From an uncultured marine group III euryarchaeote (GTDB lineage: Archaea; Thermoplasmatota; Poseidoniia; MGIII; CG-Epi1), in contig CACALG010000001.1 of NCBI GenBank assembly GCA_902533295.1, forward strand, positions 19,048 through 83,047: a stretch of 64,000 nucleotides of DNA. Reading direction: 5' to 3'. The position numbers and the translations under genes are program-made. This document shows positions 51,781-63,105 of this stretch, one piece after another; position 1 is the first letter of the stretch, and each line of letters starts with the position of its first letter. The notes below the pieces were generated by a model. That model had not been told where the DNA came from. It did not search any database and was given only the letters and a program-made list of their open reading frames with translations.

Positions 51781-53778
51781 TTGCATTGGACTATGTTTGG
51801 CATAGGAGCCATAGGTGCAATAGATACTTGGCAAGAATTGAATACAACCGGTGAAGGAATAATAACCAACTGGTTTGTAGGTGGCTTAATTAATATTTTT
51901 GGACCTTTCTTATTATGGATAGGTGGGGCTTTGTTGCTTTCAAGATTAGGTGCAGCCGGACCTTCTATAATGCTTAAATTCTTCAGAAAAACCCCATTGC
52001 TTTCTGATGTAAAGAGAGGTCTTGAATCGACTGGAACAAGTGAATCTACAGGTAGACTATCAACAATTATGCTATTGACATTATCAATAGTAACTCTCGC
52101 AGCCGTACAAGGATATACAGGTTCTCTTGTCGATGAAAGAACAGCGGATTTAGATATTGGTAGCGACATCAAAGTTTATGCTGTTGAACCAATGACTTCA
52201 ATTGAAGTAGAACAAGCAATCACTAATATCAGCTCTAAAGACCTTACTGTAAATGCAGTAAATGTACCGATTATTCCCTTGATATCTGAGGATGGGACGG
52301 ACGTTAATGCATATGTACTAATGAATGAAAGTACCGAGATACTCAAATGGTTTCCTCAAGCCGTTCCTGGAAAAGATATTTCTGAAGCAATGATTGCATA
52401 CAAAGATGGAGGATTCACAGCAGGCGAAGATATAGCATTTACATTGGATTTATGGGGTTCTGGCCGTTACGGTGATTCAGAAGACATATTACTAGATAAA
52501 AGCAATAAGAACTCAGAAAATTTGAATTTAACATGGGAAGAAACTATTGTTACCTTTACAGGTGAGGAAAATGAAGAACTAGATCCAATGATGGCGATAG
52601 TGTTGTATACTGGGTTCATGGAAAAGAATTGGTCAAATATTGACCTATCTAACCAGGATATAAGCAGCCGGAATTTTACACAAACTGACTTTTCGAATAC
52701 AAATTTATCTGGTGCCAATTTAGCTAATTCAGATTTATCAGAATCGATATTCTTCAACGTTGATCTAAGGGGTGCTAATCTAACTGGTGCAAATCTAAAC
52801 AATACTGTATTTGTGATACAACCACAAAACATTGTCGGTGCAAACTTTACAGGTGCAAATCTGAGAGGGGCCTTTGAATATACTGGATTTGTTAATTTGT
52901 CAAACGAGGAAATAAGTGGTGCTATTTGCCCTGATGGAACTATACAAACTAATGATAATAATTGTTCCACTGGATTTAGTACAATACCTCCCCCCTTACT
53001 GGCACCTTTCTTTATTCCTGCAACAGTTGAATTTGAAGTGATTCCACATGAAACAACTATACGATACATTGGAGTTCATGAATTCATTCCTGGTGTTGCT
53101 ACAAATGACATGAATAATTATTTAGTAATAAATGAGCTAGCATATAGAGAATTACGAGGAAATCAATTCGTTGATAGTGAAACTTCAACTACTTGGATTG
53201 TAGATATAGATGGGCTCAATAATGATGAATTACAAGTATTGGCCCTGCTAATAGCTGCAGATTCTCGTTTTGAAAGTGCCGATGATTGGGAAACATCACA
53301 TGAAAATGTTGAGAGAAATGGAGGAATTATATTCGGAACACAGGGTCTTTTCACACTACAATATCTTGTTGCAAGTGTTGCTGCAATAGCCTCATCATTT
53401 GTTTTCTTATCATTAGTTTTAAATCAAAAGAAGAAAGAATTGGCTATTTTACAAGCAATAGGAGCTAGTCCAAATCAGATTATCAGACTCGTTTTATTCG
53501 AGATTCTATCTATAGTATTTGTTTCTATGATTTTAGGAGTTATACTCGGTATTGGTTTGGCTTTATCCTTTAACGGACTGTTTGATATCTTTGGATTCTT
53601 ATTCCAGTTGTTTTCTGGAACTGGAGAATCATCAGTAATTACAAGAGTACTACAGTGGCCTTGGTGGGTTATAATCAAGGTCACATTAGGTGTACTATCT
53701 GTGGTTGTCTTGGCTTTAATTATGACCACCAGAAGGGCATTACGTGCCGATTTAGCCGTTGTTTTAAAGGGAGAATAA
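51781..53778 (+). CDS. FtsX-family ABC transporter permease with a large extracytoplasmic domain containing pentapeptide repeats
   Basis: TM1 RLSTIMLLTLSIVTLAAV; extracytoplasmic A(N/D)LxG pentapeptide tract (FSNTNLSGANLANSDLSESIFFNVDLRGANLTGANLNNTVF...GANFTGANLRGAF); C-terminal FtsX domain ELAILQAIGASPNQII + 3 TM. TTG start; could be fused to the upstream permease via a further frameshift near 51725. Confidence 0.55.
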   Translation: MHWTMFGIGAIGAIDTWQELNTTGEGIITNWFVGGLINIFGPFLLWIGGALLLSRLGAAGPSIMLKFFRKTPLLSDVKRGLESTGTSESTGRLSTIMLLTLSIVTLAAVQGYTGSLVDERTADLDIGSDIKVYAVEPMTSIEVEQAITNISSKDLTVNAVNVPIIPLISEDGTDVNAYVLMNESTEILKWFPQAVPGKDISEAMIAYKDGGFTAGEDIAFTLDLWGSGRYGDSEDILLDKSNKNSENLNLTWEETIVTFTGEENEELDPMMAIVLYTGFMEKNWSNIDLSNQDISSRNFTQTDFSNTNLSGANLANSDLSESIFFNVDLRGANLTGANLNNTVFVIQPQNIVGANFTGANLRGAFEYTGFVNLSNEEISGAICPDGTIQTNDNNCSTGFSTIPPPLLAPFFIPATVEFEVIPHETTIRYIGVHEFIPGVATNDMNNYLVINELAYRELRGNQFVDSETSTTWIVDIDGLNNDELQVLALLIAADSRFESADDWETSHENVERNGGIIFGTQGLFTLQYLVASVAAIASSFVFLSLVLNQKKKELAILQAIGASPNQIIRLVLFEILSIVFVSMILGVILGIGLALSFNGLFDIFGFLFQLFSGTGESSVITRVLQWPWWVIIKVTLGVLSVVVLALIMTTRRALRADLAVVLKGE

Positions 53779-53780
53779 AT

Positions 53781-54872
53781 ATGAGTGAAGAACTATTTGA
53801 ACATACAACGGGACAAGGAAAAGAAAATGAAGAATCAAAGCAGCAAATGGAAGCTGCTCAATTCTCAGAGAATTTATATGACAACAAAATAGACAAAAAT
53901 GCTATCTTACAAGCTATAGCATTATATCATGTTTATCAATCTACTGCTGAAGATGGAAATGTTGTTGCTTTGAGAGGATTAAATGTAACTGTTAAGAAAG
54001 GAGAAGCTGTAGCCATTGTTGGTCCTTCTGGTTCTGGTAAATCAACCTTATTGAAATGTCTTGGAGTTTTAATGAAGCCCTCAGCAGGAGGGGTTATCCT
54101 AAACGGAACGCCAACTACACGTAAGACTGGACTTGAACTAGTAAAAATGAGACAAGAAACAGTTTCATTTATTTTCCAAGAAGGGAATCTATTGCCTGAT
54201 CTAAATGCCCTCGATAACGTAGCTCAACCACTACGCCACAGAGATGTAAGCCCATATGAAGCAAAAGAAAAAGCACGTGAATTATTAATTGAATTAGGCT
54301 TAGAAGAAAGAATATATGGATTTCCTGAAACACTTTCAGGTGGTGAACAGCAAAGGGTCGCAATTGCACGGGCGTTAGTAACAAATCCAAAACTGATTCT
54401 AGCCGATGAACCTACGGGGGCACTAGATCCTATAACCAGTAGAGAAGTACTAGAATTATTTGGAAAATTACACAAGGAAAGAGGTGTAGCATTCTTAATT
54501 GTAACACATAGTGCAGAAGTAGCAGCTTTTTGTGATCGTAGCTTAGAATTACGTGATGGCAGATTTGTCGCCGAACATGGAACAAACTTAGAAATAGAAG
54601 ATTTAGAAGAATCTCGTGAACTAATAATTGATGATTTAGGAACATTATCATTTCCTCCTGAAGTATTGATGAGAATGGGTGGTTCTGGACGATTTGAAGT
54701 TGAGGAAGCTGCTGATGGAAAAATTACCTTGGTTGCTGCTGAGAGAAAAGAATCTATGATTAAAGGAAAGCAAAAACTGGCTGAGAAATGTCCTGCTTGT
54801 GAGTACAAATACAAGGACAATAGCCAAATGTGTCCTGAATGTGGTTCAAGCCGACCAATGATTAAATCATAA
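53781..54872 (+). CDS. ABC transporter ATP-binding protein with a C-terminal extension ending in a zinc ribbon
   Basis: Walker A GPSGSGKST, signature LSGGEQQRVA, Walker B LILADEPTGALD, H-loop VTHS; ~120-aa tail with CPACEYKYKDNSQMCPECG. ATG at 53781 directly follows the upstream stop (the ORF-track start at 53655 overlaps and is unlikely). Confidence 0.75.
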   Translation: MSEELFEHTTGQGKENEESKQQMEAAQFSENLYDNKIDKNAILQAIALYHVYQSTAEDGNVVALRGLNVTVKKGEAVAIVGPSGSGKSTLLKCLGVLMKPSAGGVILNGTPTTRKTGLELVKMRQETVSFIFQEGNLLPDLNALDNVAQPLRHRDVSPYEAKEKARELLIELGLEERIYGFPETLSGGEQQRVAIARALVTNPKLILADEPTGALDPITSREVLELFGKLHKERGVAFLIVTHSAEVAAFCDRSLELRDGRFVAEHGTNLEIEDLEESRELIIDDLGTLSFPPEVLMRMGGSGRFEVEEAADGKITLVAAERKESMIKGKQKLAEKCPACEYKYKDNSQMCPECGSSRPMIKS

Positions 54873-55425
54873 GTTTAATTCTAGGACTTTGACTATTTAC
54901 CTCAGGAATTTGATCTTTGCCTATAGGTTTCACAAATTTTTCGTACTCTTTTAAAAAATTAGATATATCTAAACCCATAAATTCATCCTGCCCAACTTGA
55001 GATAGAAGAGACATACCTGATTTTGATAGATTACGGGCACCTATCAAATCCTGAATTTGATAATTGGCCATTCTTATTTTTAGAAGTGCCGCACCACATT
55101 TAATTAGTCCTTGAAGAAAGCGATGCTCACTACTATTTCTTACAGCTGCAATCCATAGACCTTCCCATGCTTCATGGGCTTCCCAGTAATAGTGATAATT
55201 ATACAAATCAATTCCAAATAAATAATCTCCATTATCTTTCCACAAATCTGAATCCCATTTTTCATGGTCTTCATCATCATTTCCATAACTGTGACCCTCA
55301 GGACTATTCGTAGGATGTGGGTGCATACCGGGAACATATCGGTATGGTGGAAAATTCCTAGATGAATATCTTACCTTTCCAATATTCAATTCAGTTTCTG
55401 AATCTGCTAAAGGATAATCTGCCAT
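54862..55425 (-). CDS. DUF309-like protein
   Basis: Motif YLFGIDLYNYHYYWEAHEAWEGLW matches the DUF309 core (LFNxGxYWEAHExWE..W). Confidence 0.45.
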   Translation of the reverse strand: MADYPLADSETELNIGKVRYSSRNFPPYRYVPGMHPHPTNSPEGHSYGNDDEDHEKWDSDLWKDNGDYLFGIDLYNYHYYWEAHEAWEGLWIAAVRNSSEHRFLQGLIKCGAALLKIRMANYQIQDLIGARNLSKSGMSLLSQVGQDEFMGLDISNFLKEYEKFVKPIGKDQIPEVNSQSPRIKLMI

Positions 55426-56624
55426 TAGCTACTCAAAGTTTCTTCAATAGCATCTGTGAATTTTCTAATATCTGATTCATTATTGTAAAGATACGCACTA
55501 GCTCTTGCAGTACCTTCTATTCCTCGAGAATTAAACCAAGAATGAACACAATGCATACCACTTCTGATTGCAATGTTATATTTTTCATCTAAATGCATTG
55601 CTACTTCTGTTGGATCCCAACCTTCTATATTGAAAGAAAATATACCTCCTCGGTGAGAAACGTCTTCAGGACCTACTATAGATATTCCATCTAAATCCTT
55701 TAATTTATTTGACATTATAGTATTTAATTTGTTCTCATGTTCCCTAATATTGTCTCTTCCTACATTCATAACATAATCTGCTGCCACGCCTGAACCTATA
55801 GCCCCAGCATAATCCTGTAATCCTGCCTCAAAACATGAAGGAGGTGGTAACAACTTATAATCATCATAGGAAGTATTGACGACTGTGGAACCTCCAACAT
55901 ATGTTGGAATCAATTTCTCTAATTCTTCATATTTACCATACAAAGCACCCATACCACTAGGTCCACAAAATTTATGTGCACTGACTGCCGCAAAATCTAC
56001 ATCTAAATCAACTACATTAACTTCTTTGTGTGGTGCTGATTGTGCTGCATCCATCATAACTTTCACTCCCTTATCATGACATATTTCTATAATTTCTTTA
56101 GCAGGATTTGAGTGCCCATCCAAATTAGATGTATGGACAAAACTTACTAATTTTGTATCGGAAGTTATCCTATCTTTTAGTGCTTCTAAATTGAAATAAT
56201 AATTGTCTTTAGCCTCTAAAACTTCATATTTAATACCCTTATATTTTGCCAAATGATGCCATGGTACCACGTTAGCATTATGCTCTTTATCAGATGTTAG
56301 AACTTTATCTCCTTTTTTGAGATTTAAACCATTTGCCACAATATTCATACCTTCTGTAGCATTTTTTGTGAAAACTATTTCGGTTTGTTTTTCAGCCCCC
56401 ATAAAACGGCGAATTTGGTCTCTTGCAATTTCAAAATTTTCAGTAACCTGCCAACTTAACTTATGTACTGAACGACCTCCACATGCAGGATAATTTGTAT
56501 AATAATCCGTTAAAGCATCTATAACTGCCTGAGGTCTGAGAGTCATACAGGCACTATCTAGATAGATCGGATTATCGTCAGAATTTAACAATGGAAAATC
56601 CTTTCTAAATTTTGAAATGTCCAT
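55425..56624 (-). CDS. sufS: cysteine desulfurase (SufS/CsdA-like class V aminotransferase)
   Basis: PLP-lysine motif SAHKFCGPSGMGALY; catalytic Cys loop RSGMHCVHSW; 399 aa. Confidence 0.8.
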   Translation of the reverse strand: MDISKFRKDFPLLNSDDNPIYLDSACMTLRPQAVIDALTDYYTNYPACGGRSVHKLSWQVTENFEIARDQIRRFMGAEKQTEIVFTKNATEGMNIVANGLNLKKGDKVLTSDKEHNANVVPWHHLAKYKGIKYEVLEAKDNYYFNLEALKDRITSDTKLVSFVHTSNLDGHSNPAKEIIEICHDKGVKVMMDAAQSAPHKEVNVVDLDVDFAAVSAHKFCGPSGMGALYGKYEELEKLIPTYVGGSTVVNTSYDDYKLLPPPSCFEAGLQDYAGAIGSGVAADYVMNVGRDNIREHENKLNTIMSNKLKDLDGISIVGPEDVSHRGGIFSFNIEGWDPTEVAMHLDEKYNIAIRSGMHCVHSWFNSRGIEGTARASAYLYNNESDIRKFTDAIEETLSS

Positions 56625-56708
56625 AGTTGTCTAAACACATTATAATAATGGGATTTAAAGCCATATGACCAGAAGAAAATTTCTTAAAGGGGACGCAATG
56701 AAACAAAT

Positions 56709-57587
56709 ATGAGCTGTGTAGATGACTTATCCAAAATTGGCATGAACGATTTGAACTATACTTGTGCAACAGAAATAGCAAGTATGGGGCCTGTTGCAGC
56801 TTTACTTACTATACTCATTGGAATCCCTCTTGTAAGGCTGGTTTTGAGGTACCTAAAGAATATATTTGAGAAGTATGATTACATCGATGAAGGAATAGAA
56901 AATTTCCTTTTTAGAGCTACCAGCGTAGCTCTTTGGGCTGTTATTTTCTTGACAGCCGCAAATGAACTAGGAATAAATGTTACAGGAATTGTAGCAGCTC
57001 TTGGTATTGTTGGTTTAGCAATGGCTTTTGCAGCTCAAGATACTATAGAGAATATTATTGCAGGTATATTCCTAATGGTAGATAGACCATTCCGTGAAGG
57101 TGATCGAATATTATTACCGAAGAAAATTGGTAGTTTGTATTCAAGCTGGGGTGATGTAACTGAAGTTGGCCTTAGAACAACAAGAGTGCGCTCCACTGAT
57201 GGAGTTTTGCTTACAATACCAAACAAAAATTTGACAAAAGACACCATTGCTAATTTCAACCATAAAGATGACCGAAATCTCCGTGTAAGGATTAGATTAG
57301 GACTAGTGCCAACATGGGAAAATGTATCCAAAGGTGAAGAAATTGTAGAAAATATTGCTAAAAGTCATGAGGACATTTGCCAAGATAAACCAAAACCACC
57401 ACAGATAGTTTTGAGAGATTTTGGAGATCAAGAAGTAATCATGGAAATTAGATACTATGTCCCTAATGCACCTCTAATGAGAAGTACAAAATCATATTTT
57501 GTTAAAGAAATTCTAAAACAATTTGAAGAACAAGATGTTAGATTGGCATACCCAACTAGACTAATTATGAAGGAAGATATTGAATAA
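56709..57587 (+). CDS. mechanosensitive ion channel, MscS family
   Basis: TM3 Gly/Ala-rich helix (AALGIVGLAMAFAAQDTIENIIAGIFLM) followed by PFREGDRI motif and beta domain. Confidence 0.75.
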   Translation: MSCVDDLSKIGMNDLNYTCATEIASMGPVAALLTILIGIPLVRLVLRYLKNIFEKYDYIDEGIENFLFRATSVALWAVIFLTAANELGINVTGIVAALGIVGLAMAFAAQDTIENIIAGIFLMVDRPFREGDRILLPKKIGSLYSSWGDVTEVGLRTTRVRSTDGVLLTIPNKNLTKDTIANFNHKDDRNLRVRIRLGLVPTWENVSKGEEIVENIAKSHEDICQDKPKPPQIVLRDFGDQEVIMEIRYYVPNAPLMRSTKSYFVKEILKQFEEQDVRLAYPTRLIMKEDIE

Positions 57588-58631
57588 TTAAGGATTCAAA
57601 CCCTTTTCAAGTTCTTCTATTTCCTTACGCAGAGAATCTAAATCCTTATTGTCTTGCGTAGTTGTGGTAGGTGCTTCCGTTGTAGCTAACTGATGCTTAT
57701 ATGGATTGAACCAATTGACAAAATGATTTGCTGCCACTTTCAAAACAGTACTAACTTTGGCCATACCGCCATTGGTTTTAGATATATTGATATCACATGA
57801 CAGCACACCACAGTCAGCATTTGCATTATTAATTTCTGAATATGGGATAGTAACACCTGCACCACCACCGGCAAAAATTAGCCTATCCTGTAAAGCAGCC
57901 ATTGCATTTACAGGAATACCATCAATCTGTGTGTTAAGTTGTGCCTGGACAAGTGCATATACTGTATCCCCGGATTGCATCATACCTATAAGTGGAAAAA
58001 TCTGGGAATCATTATTAGTTACATAAAAACCATCTGGCAACTGTTTGAGCATTTCTCTAAAAAAGGCAAAATCGGCATTGTAAGGTACTCCTGAGATACC
58101 CTGAACCTGATTAGAAACTGGAGGTGTAACTGGAGGTGTAACTGGAGGTGCAGCTGGAGGTGTAGCTGGAGGTGTGCTAATATTAGCATCTTGATTTGTA
58201 GCTAACTGATGCTTATATGGATTGAACCAATTGACAAAATGATTTGCTGCCACTTTCAAAACAGTACTAACTTTGGCCATACCGCCATTAGTTTTAGATA
58301 TATTGATATCACAGGACATTACGCCACAGTCAGCATGTGCATTATTAATTTCTGAATAAGGGATAGTAACACCTGCACCACCACCGGCAAAAATTAGCCT
58401 GTCTTGTAAAGCAGCCATTGTATTTACAGGAATACCATCAATCTGTGTGTTAAGTTGTGCTGGCACTAGTGCATACACTGTGTCTCCAGGCTGCATCATA
58501 CTCATAAGTGGAAAAATCTGAGAATCATTAGTCGTTACATGAAAACCATCTGGCAACTGATTTAGCATTTGTCTAAAAAGAGCCAAATCAGCATTGTAAG
58601 GCACTCCTATTATATTACTCATAAATATCAA
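57588..58631 (-). CDS. hypothetical protein with two near-identical tandem ~150-aa domains of unknown function joined by a Pro/Thr linker; C-terminal coiled coil
   Basis: Domain copies (YNAD.A.FR.ML.QLPDGF.VT.NDSQIFPL...IFAGGGAGVTIPYSEINNA.ADCGV.SCDINISKTNGGMAKVSTVLKVAANHFVNWFNPYKHQLAT) separated by TPPATPPAAPPVTPPVTPPV; ends LRKEIEELEKGLNP. Confidence 0.5.
   Translation of the reverse strand: MIFMSNIIGVPYNADLALFRQMLNQLPDGFHVTTNDSQIFPLMSMMQPGDTVYALVPAQLNTQIDGIPVNTMAALQDRLIFAGGGAGVTIPYSEINNAHADCGVMSCDINISKTNGGMAKVSTVLKVAANHFVNWFNPYKHQLATNQDANISTPPATPPAAPPVTPPVTPPVSNQVQGISGVPYNADFAFFREMLKQLPDGFYVTNNDSQIFPLIGMMQSGDTVYALVQAQLNTQIDGIPVNAMAALQDRLIFAGGGAGVTIPYSEINNANADCGVLSCDINISKTNGGMAKVSTVLKVAANHFVNWFNPYKHQLATTEAPTTTTQDNKDLDSLRKEIEELEKGLNP
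57682..58610. repeat. ~420-bp direct tandem duplication (period ~516 bp, ~90% identical; copies at ~57682..58100 and ~58198..58610) inside CDS 57588..58631
   Basis: Both copies begin tgtagctaactgatgcttatatggattgaaccaattgacaaaatgatttgctgccactttcaaaacagtactaactttggccataccgccatt and stay collinear for ~420 nt. Confidence 0.75.
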
Positions 58632-58657
58632 AAGGTTAGCATATTATTTATTATTTA

Positions 58658-59113
58658 TTATTCATCTAGACTGGCTTCAAGTTCTTCGATTTCTTTCTGC
58701 AAACGCAACTTTTCGGCTGCTTTCACTTCTTCATCTTTTTTCATTAAGTATTCCTTTCTCTTTTGCAAAAGTTCTTCTCGTTCAGCTTGTTCTACTTTTG
58801 CCCTTTCCCGTTCTTGAGCTTCAGCGATAATTCTTGTTTCCTGAAACTGCCTTGCCATTTCCGCATGTGCCTCTAAATTCTCCTTATCCTGTATATTTTT
58901 AGCCCAAGCTACAAAAACCAACATTATTATGAAACTGATACAACAAATAACACTATCTTCCCCAAATTCTTCATCTTGCTTTTCACACTCTGGTGTCCAA
59001 TCAACGTCACAAGAATCATCAGGAGACTCTGAACCAAAAAAGAAAACACATGCGATGAGAAAAAATGTTATAGCAAGAAAATTCAACAGATTCTTCAAAA
59101 TTCCAGAAGCCAA
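58658..59113 (-). CDS. small membrane protein with Cys-rich extracytoplasmic loop and C-terminal coiled coil
   Basis: Two TM helices flanking a CDVDWTPECEK...VICC segment; Glu/Lys/Arg-rich coiled coil ending LQKEIEELEASLDE. Confidence 0.4.
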   Translation of the reverse strand: MASGILKNLLNFLAITFFLIACVFFFGSESPDDSCDVDWTPECEKQDEEFGEDSVICCISFIIMLVFVAWAKNIQDKENLEAHAEMARQFQETRIIAEAQERERAKVEQAEREELLQKRKEYLMKKDEEVKAAEKLRLQKEIEELEASLDE

Positions 59114-59161
59114 ATAATCACCCTATAACAACAAGAAAAACACTATTTAAAAAAATTTACC

Positions 59162-60100
59162 TTATTTAGAAAGCTTTTCCATCCTTTCTTCATATATCTT
59201 ATCATTAATCAATCCTTCAGCATGCAATTCTTTAAGTTGATCAATCTTAACTTGCAAAGAACCACTTGAAGCTTCTTTCTCAATATTTGATTTACTTACA
59301 ACACTATCTTTGATAATTGTGTCTCTGTCATCTACATAAGTTGTTGTTGTATCTCTATCATCTATATAATTTCCTTGAACAATTGTTGTAGGTGGTCCTG
59401 CACTCACTTGCATCTTACTCTTATTAACACGACGTATATCCTCTACCCTATCTAATTCTCTATACAAATCAAGTGCATGTTCATAATCTAATTGTCTCTC
59501 ATACTTCCTAGCTAATTCTAACTTCTTCGCTACCTTTCTATCTGCCTCCTCTCGCCTCTTTTTATCCTTTAATTCATTCTTAAGCTCAGCCTTCTTAGCT
59601 CTGAGTTTTTCCAATTCGGGATCAACAGATTTACTTGATGGTTCAACTTTTTCTCTAGGGTTGTTAAACTTTTGACTCGTATTTGGGATTTCATTTTTAA
59701 ATTCCTGATTAGTAGTGTCGTGAACATTTACAGGACACAGACCAAACAGAACTTGGGCATCTGTTTGCGATACAAAAGTAGAGGCTGCCATAAACTGATA
59801 TTTTTCTTGAGCATATCCATTGTCATAACTGAAATTAAAGAATTGCTTACCATTTCCAGTAATCCATTTTGTTCGCATTTTGATTAATTCAAAGGCCATT
59901 TGATTAGTGGCATCTCCACAGACCAAAAGTCTCGTATTAGTCAAAAAAATATTTGCCTTACTGTATATTGTATTTTTACCCAAATATGAATCTGTTGTAG
60001 TAATATTGTAAAATTTTTGAATTGTTACATTGGCTCCATTTCCTCCAGAAGACCAAACAATATGCTCATTAGCCTCAAGCAAAGGATTCGTATTAGGCAT
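59162..60100 (-). CDS. bacterial-PH-like (DUF304-type) domain protein with central coiled coil and C-terminal SHOCT domain
   Basis: N-terminal IVWSSGG...IFLTNTRLLV resembles bPH domains; charged coiled coil (LEKLRAKKAELKNELKDKKRREEADRK); C-terminal LKELHAEGLINDKIYEERMEKL matches the SHOCT pattern. Confidence 0.45.
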   Translation of the reverse strand: MPNTNPLLEANEHIVWSSGGNGANVTIQKFYNITTTDSYLGKNTIYSKANIFLTNTRLLVCGDATNQMAFELIKMRTKWITGNGKQFFNFSYDNGYAQEKYQFMAASTFVSQTDAQVLFGLCPVNVHDTTNQEFKNEIPNTSQKFNNPREKVEPSSKSVDPELEKLRAKKAELKNELKDKKRREEADRKVAKKLELARKYERQLDYEHALDLYRELDRVEDIRRVNKSKMQVSAGPPTTIVQGNYIDDRDTTTTYVDDRDTIIKDSVVSKSNIEKEASSGSLQVKIDQLKELHAEGLINDKIYEERMEKLSK

Positions 60101-60190
60101 ATCTAATTACTATAAGTGGAGTTTTAGAAACTTTCTCCAAAAGATTCATTCTATACACATAAATATAATAAATCCCTCACAGATAGAGCT

Positions 60191-60807
60191 ATGAGGAAAA
60201 AAATGTCATTTGAAGTACCTGATTTACCGTACGACTACAGCGCTCTTGAACCATACATAGATGAAGAAACTATGCGAATACATCATGACAAACATCATGC
60301 TGCATATGTTAACATGTTGAATGGTGCAGTTGAAGCTGCAGGAATAAAGGGAAAATCTGTAAAAGAATTAATCACAGACTTGGATTCTGTACCTGAAGCT
60401 CAAAGAGGAGCTGTTAGAAACCATGGTGGTGGGCACTTTAATCACTCACTATTTTGGGAAGTCATGGGTCCAGTTAATGGTGAAATGAGTTCCGATCTGA
60501 ACACAGCACTTTTGGAAGCATTTGGATCATTAGATGATTTTAAAGCTAAATTTCAGAACGCAGGAATGACACGCTTTGGCTCTGGATGGGCCTGGTTATG
60601 TTCAAATAATGGAAAATTGGAAATATGTTCTACTGCAAATCAAGATAATCCAATTATGGGTAACAAATACGGTGGAACTGATGGAGAGATACCAATCCTA
60701 GGAATTGATGTTTGGGAACATGCATATTATCTGAATTATCAAAATTTGAGGGCAGATTACATTTCAGCTTTCTTCAATGTTATTAATTGGGCTGAAGTCT
60801 CAAGGCG

Positions 60808-60826
<19 letters not shown>
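60191..60826 (+). CDS. sod: superoxide dismutase [Fe/Mn]
   Basis: Metal-ligand motifs HHDKHH and DVWEHAYY; 211 aa. Confidence 0.9.
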
Positions 60827-63086
<2,260 letters not shown>

Positions 63087-63105
63087 CTATAAAGATATCT
63101 TACGA

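Noticed and set aside
53655-53780. Long N-terminal extension of the ABC ATPase ORF (start at 53655) overlapping the permease gene
   Set aside because: The Cys-rich extension overlaps the upstream permease's C-terminal TM region in another frame; an ATG at 53781 immediately follows the permease stop and gives a normal ABC N-terminus
54169-54820. Minus-strand ORFs (73, 73 and 198 aa) overlapping the second ABC ATPase
   Set aside because: Antisense to a high-confidence ABC ATPase CDS; low-complexity Ser/Leu-rich translations
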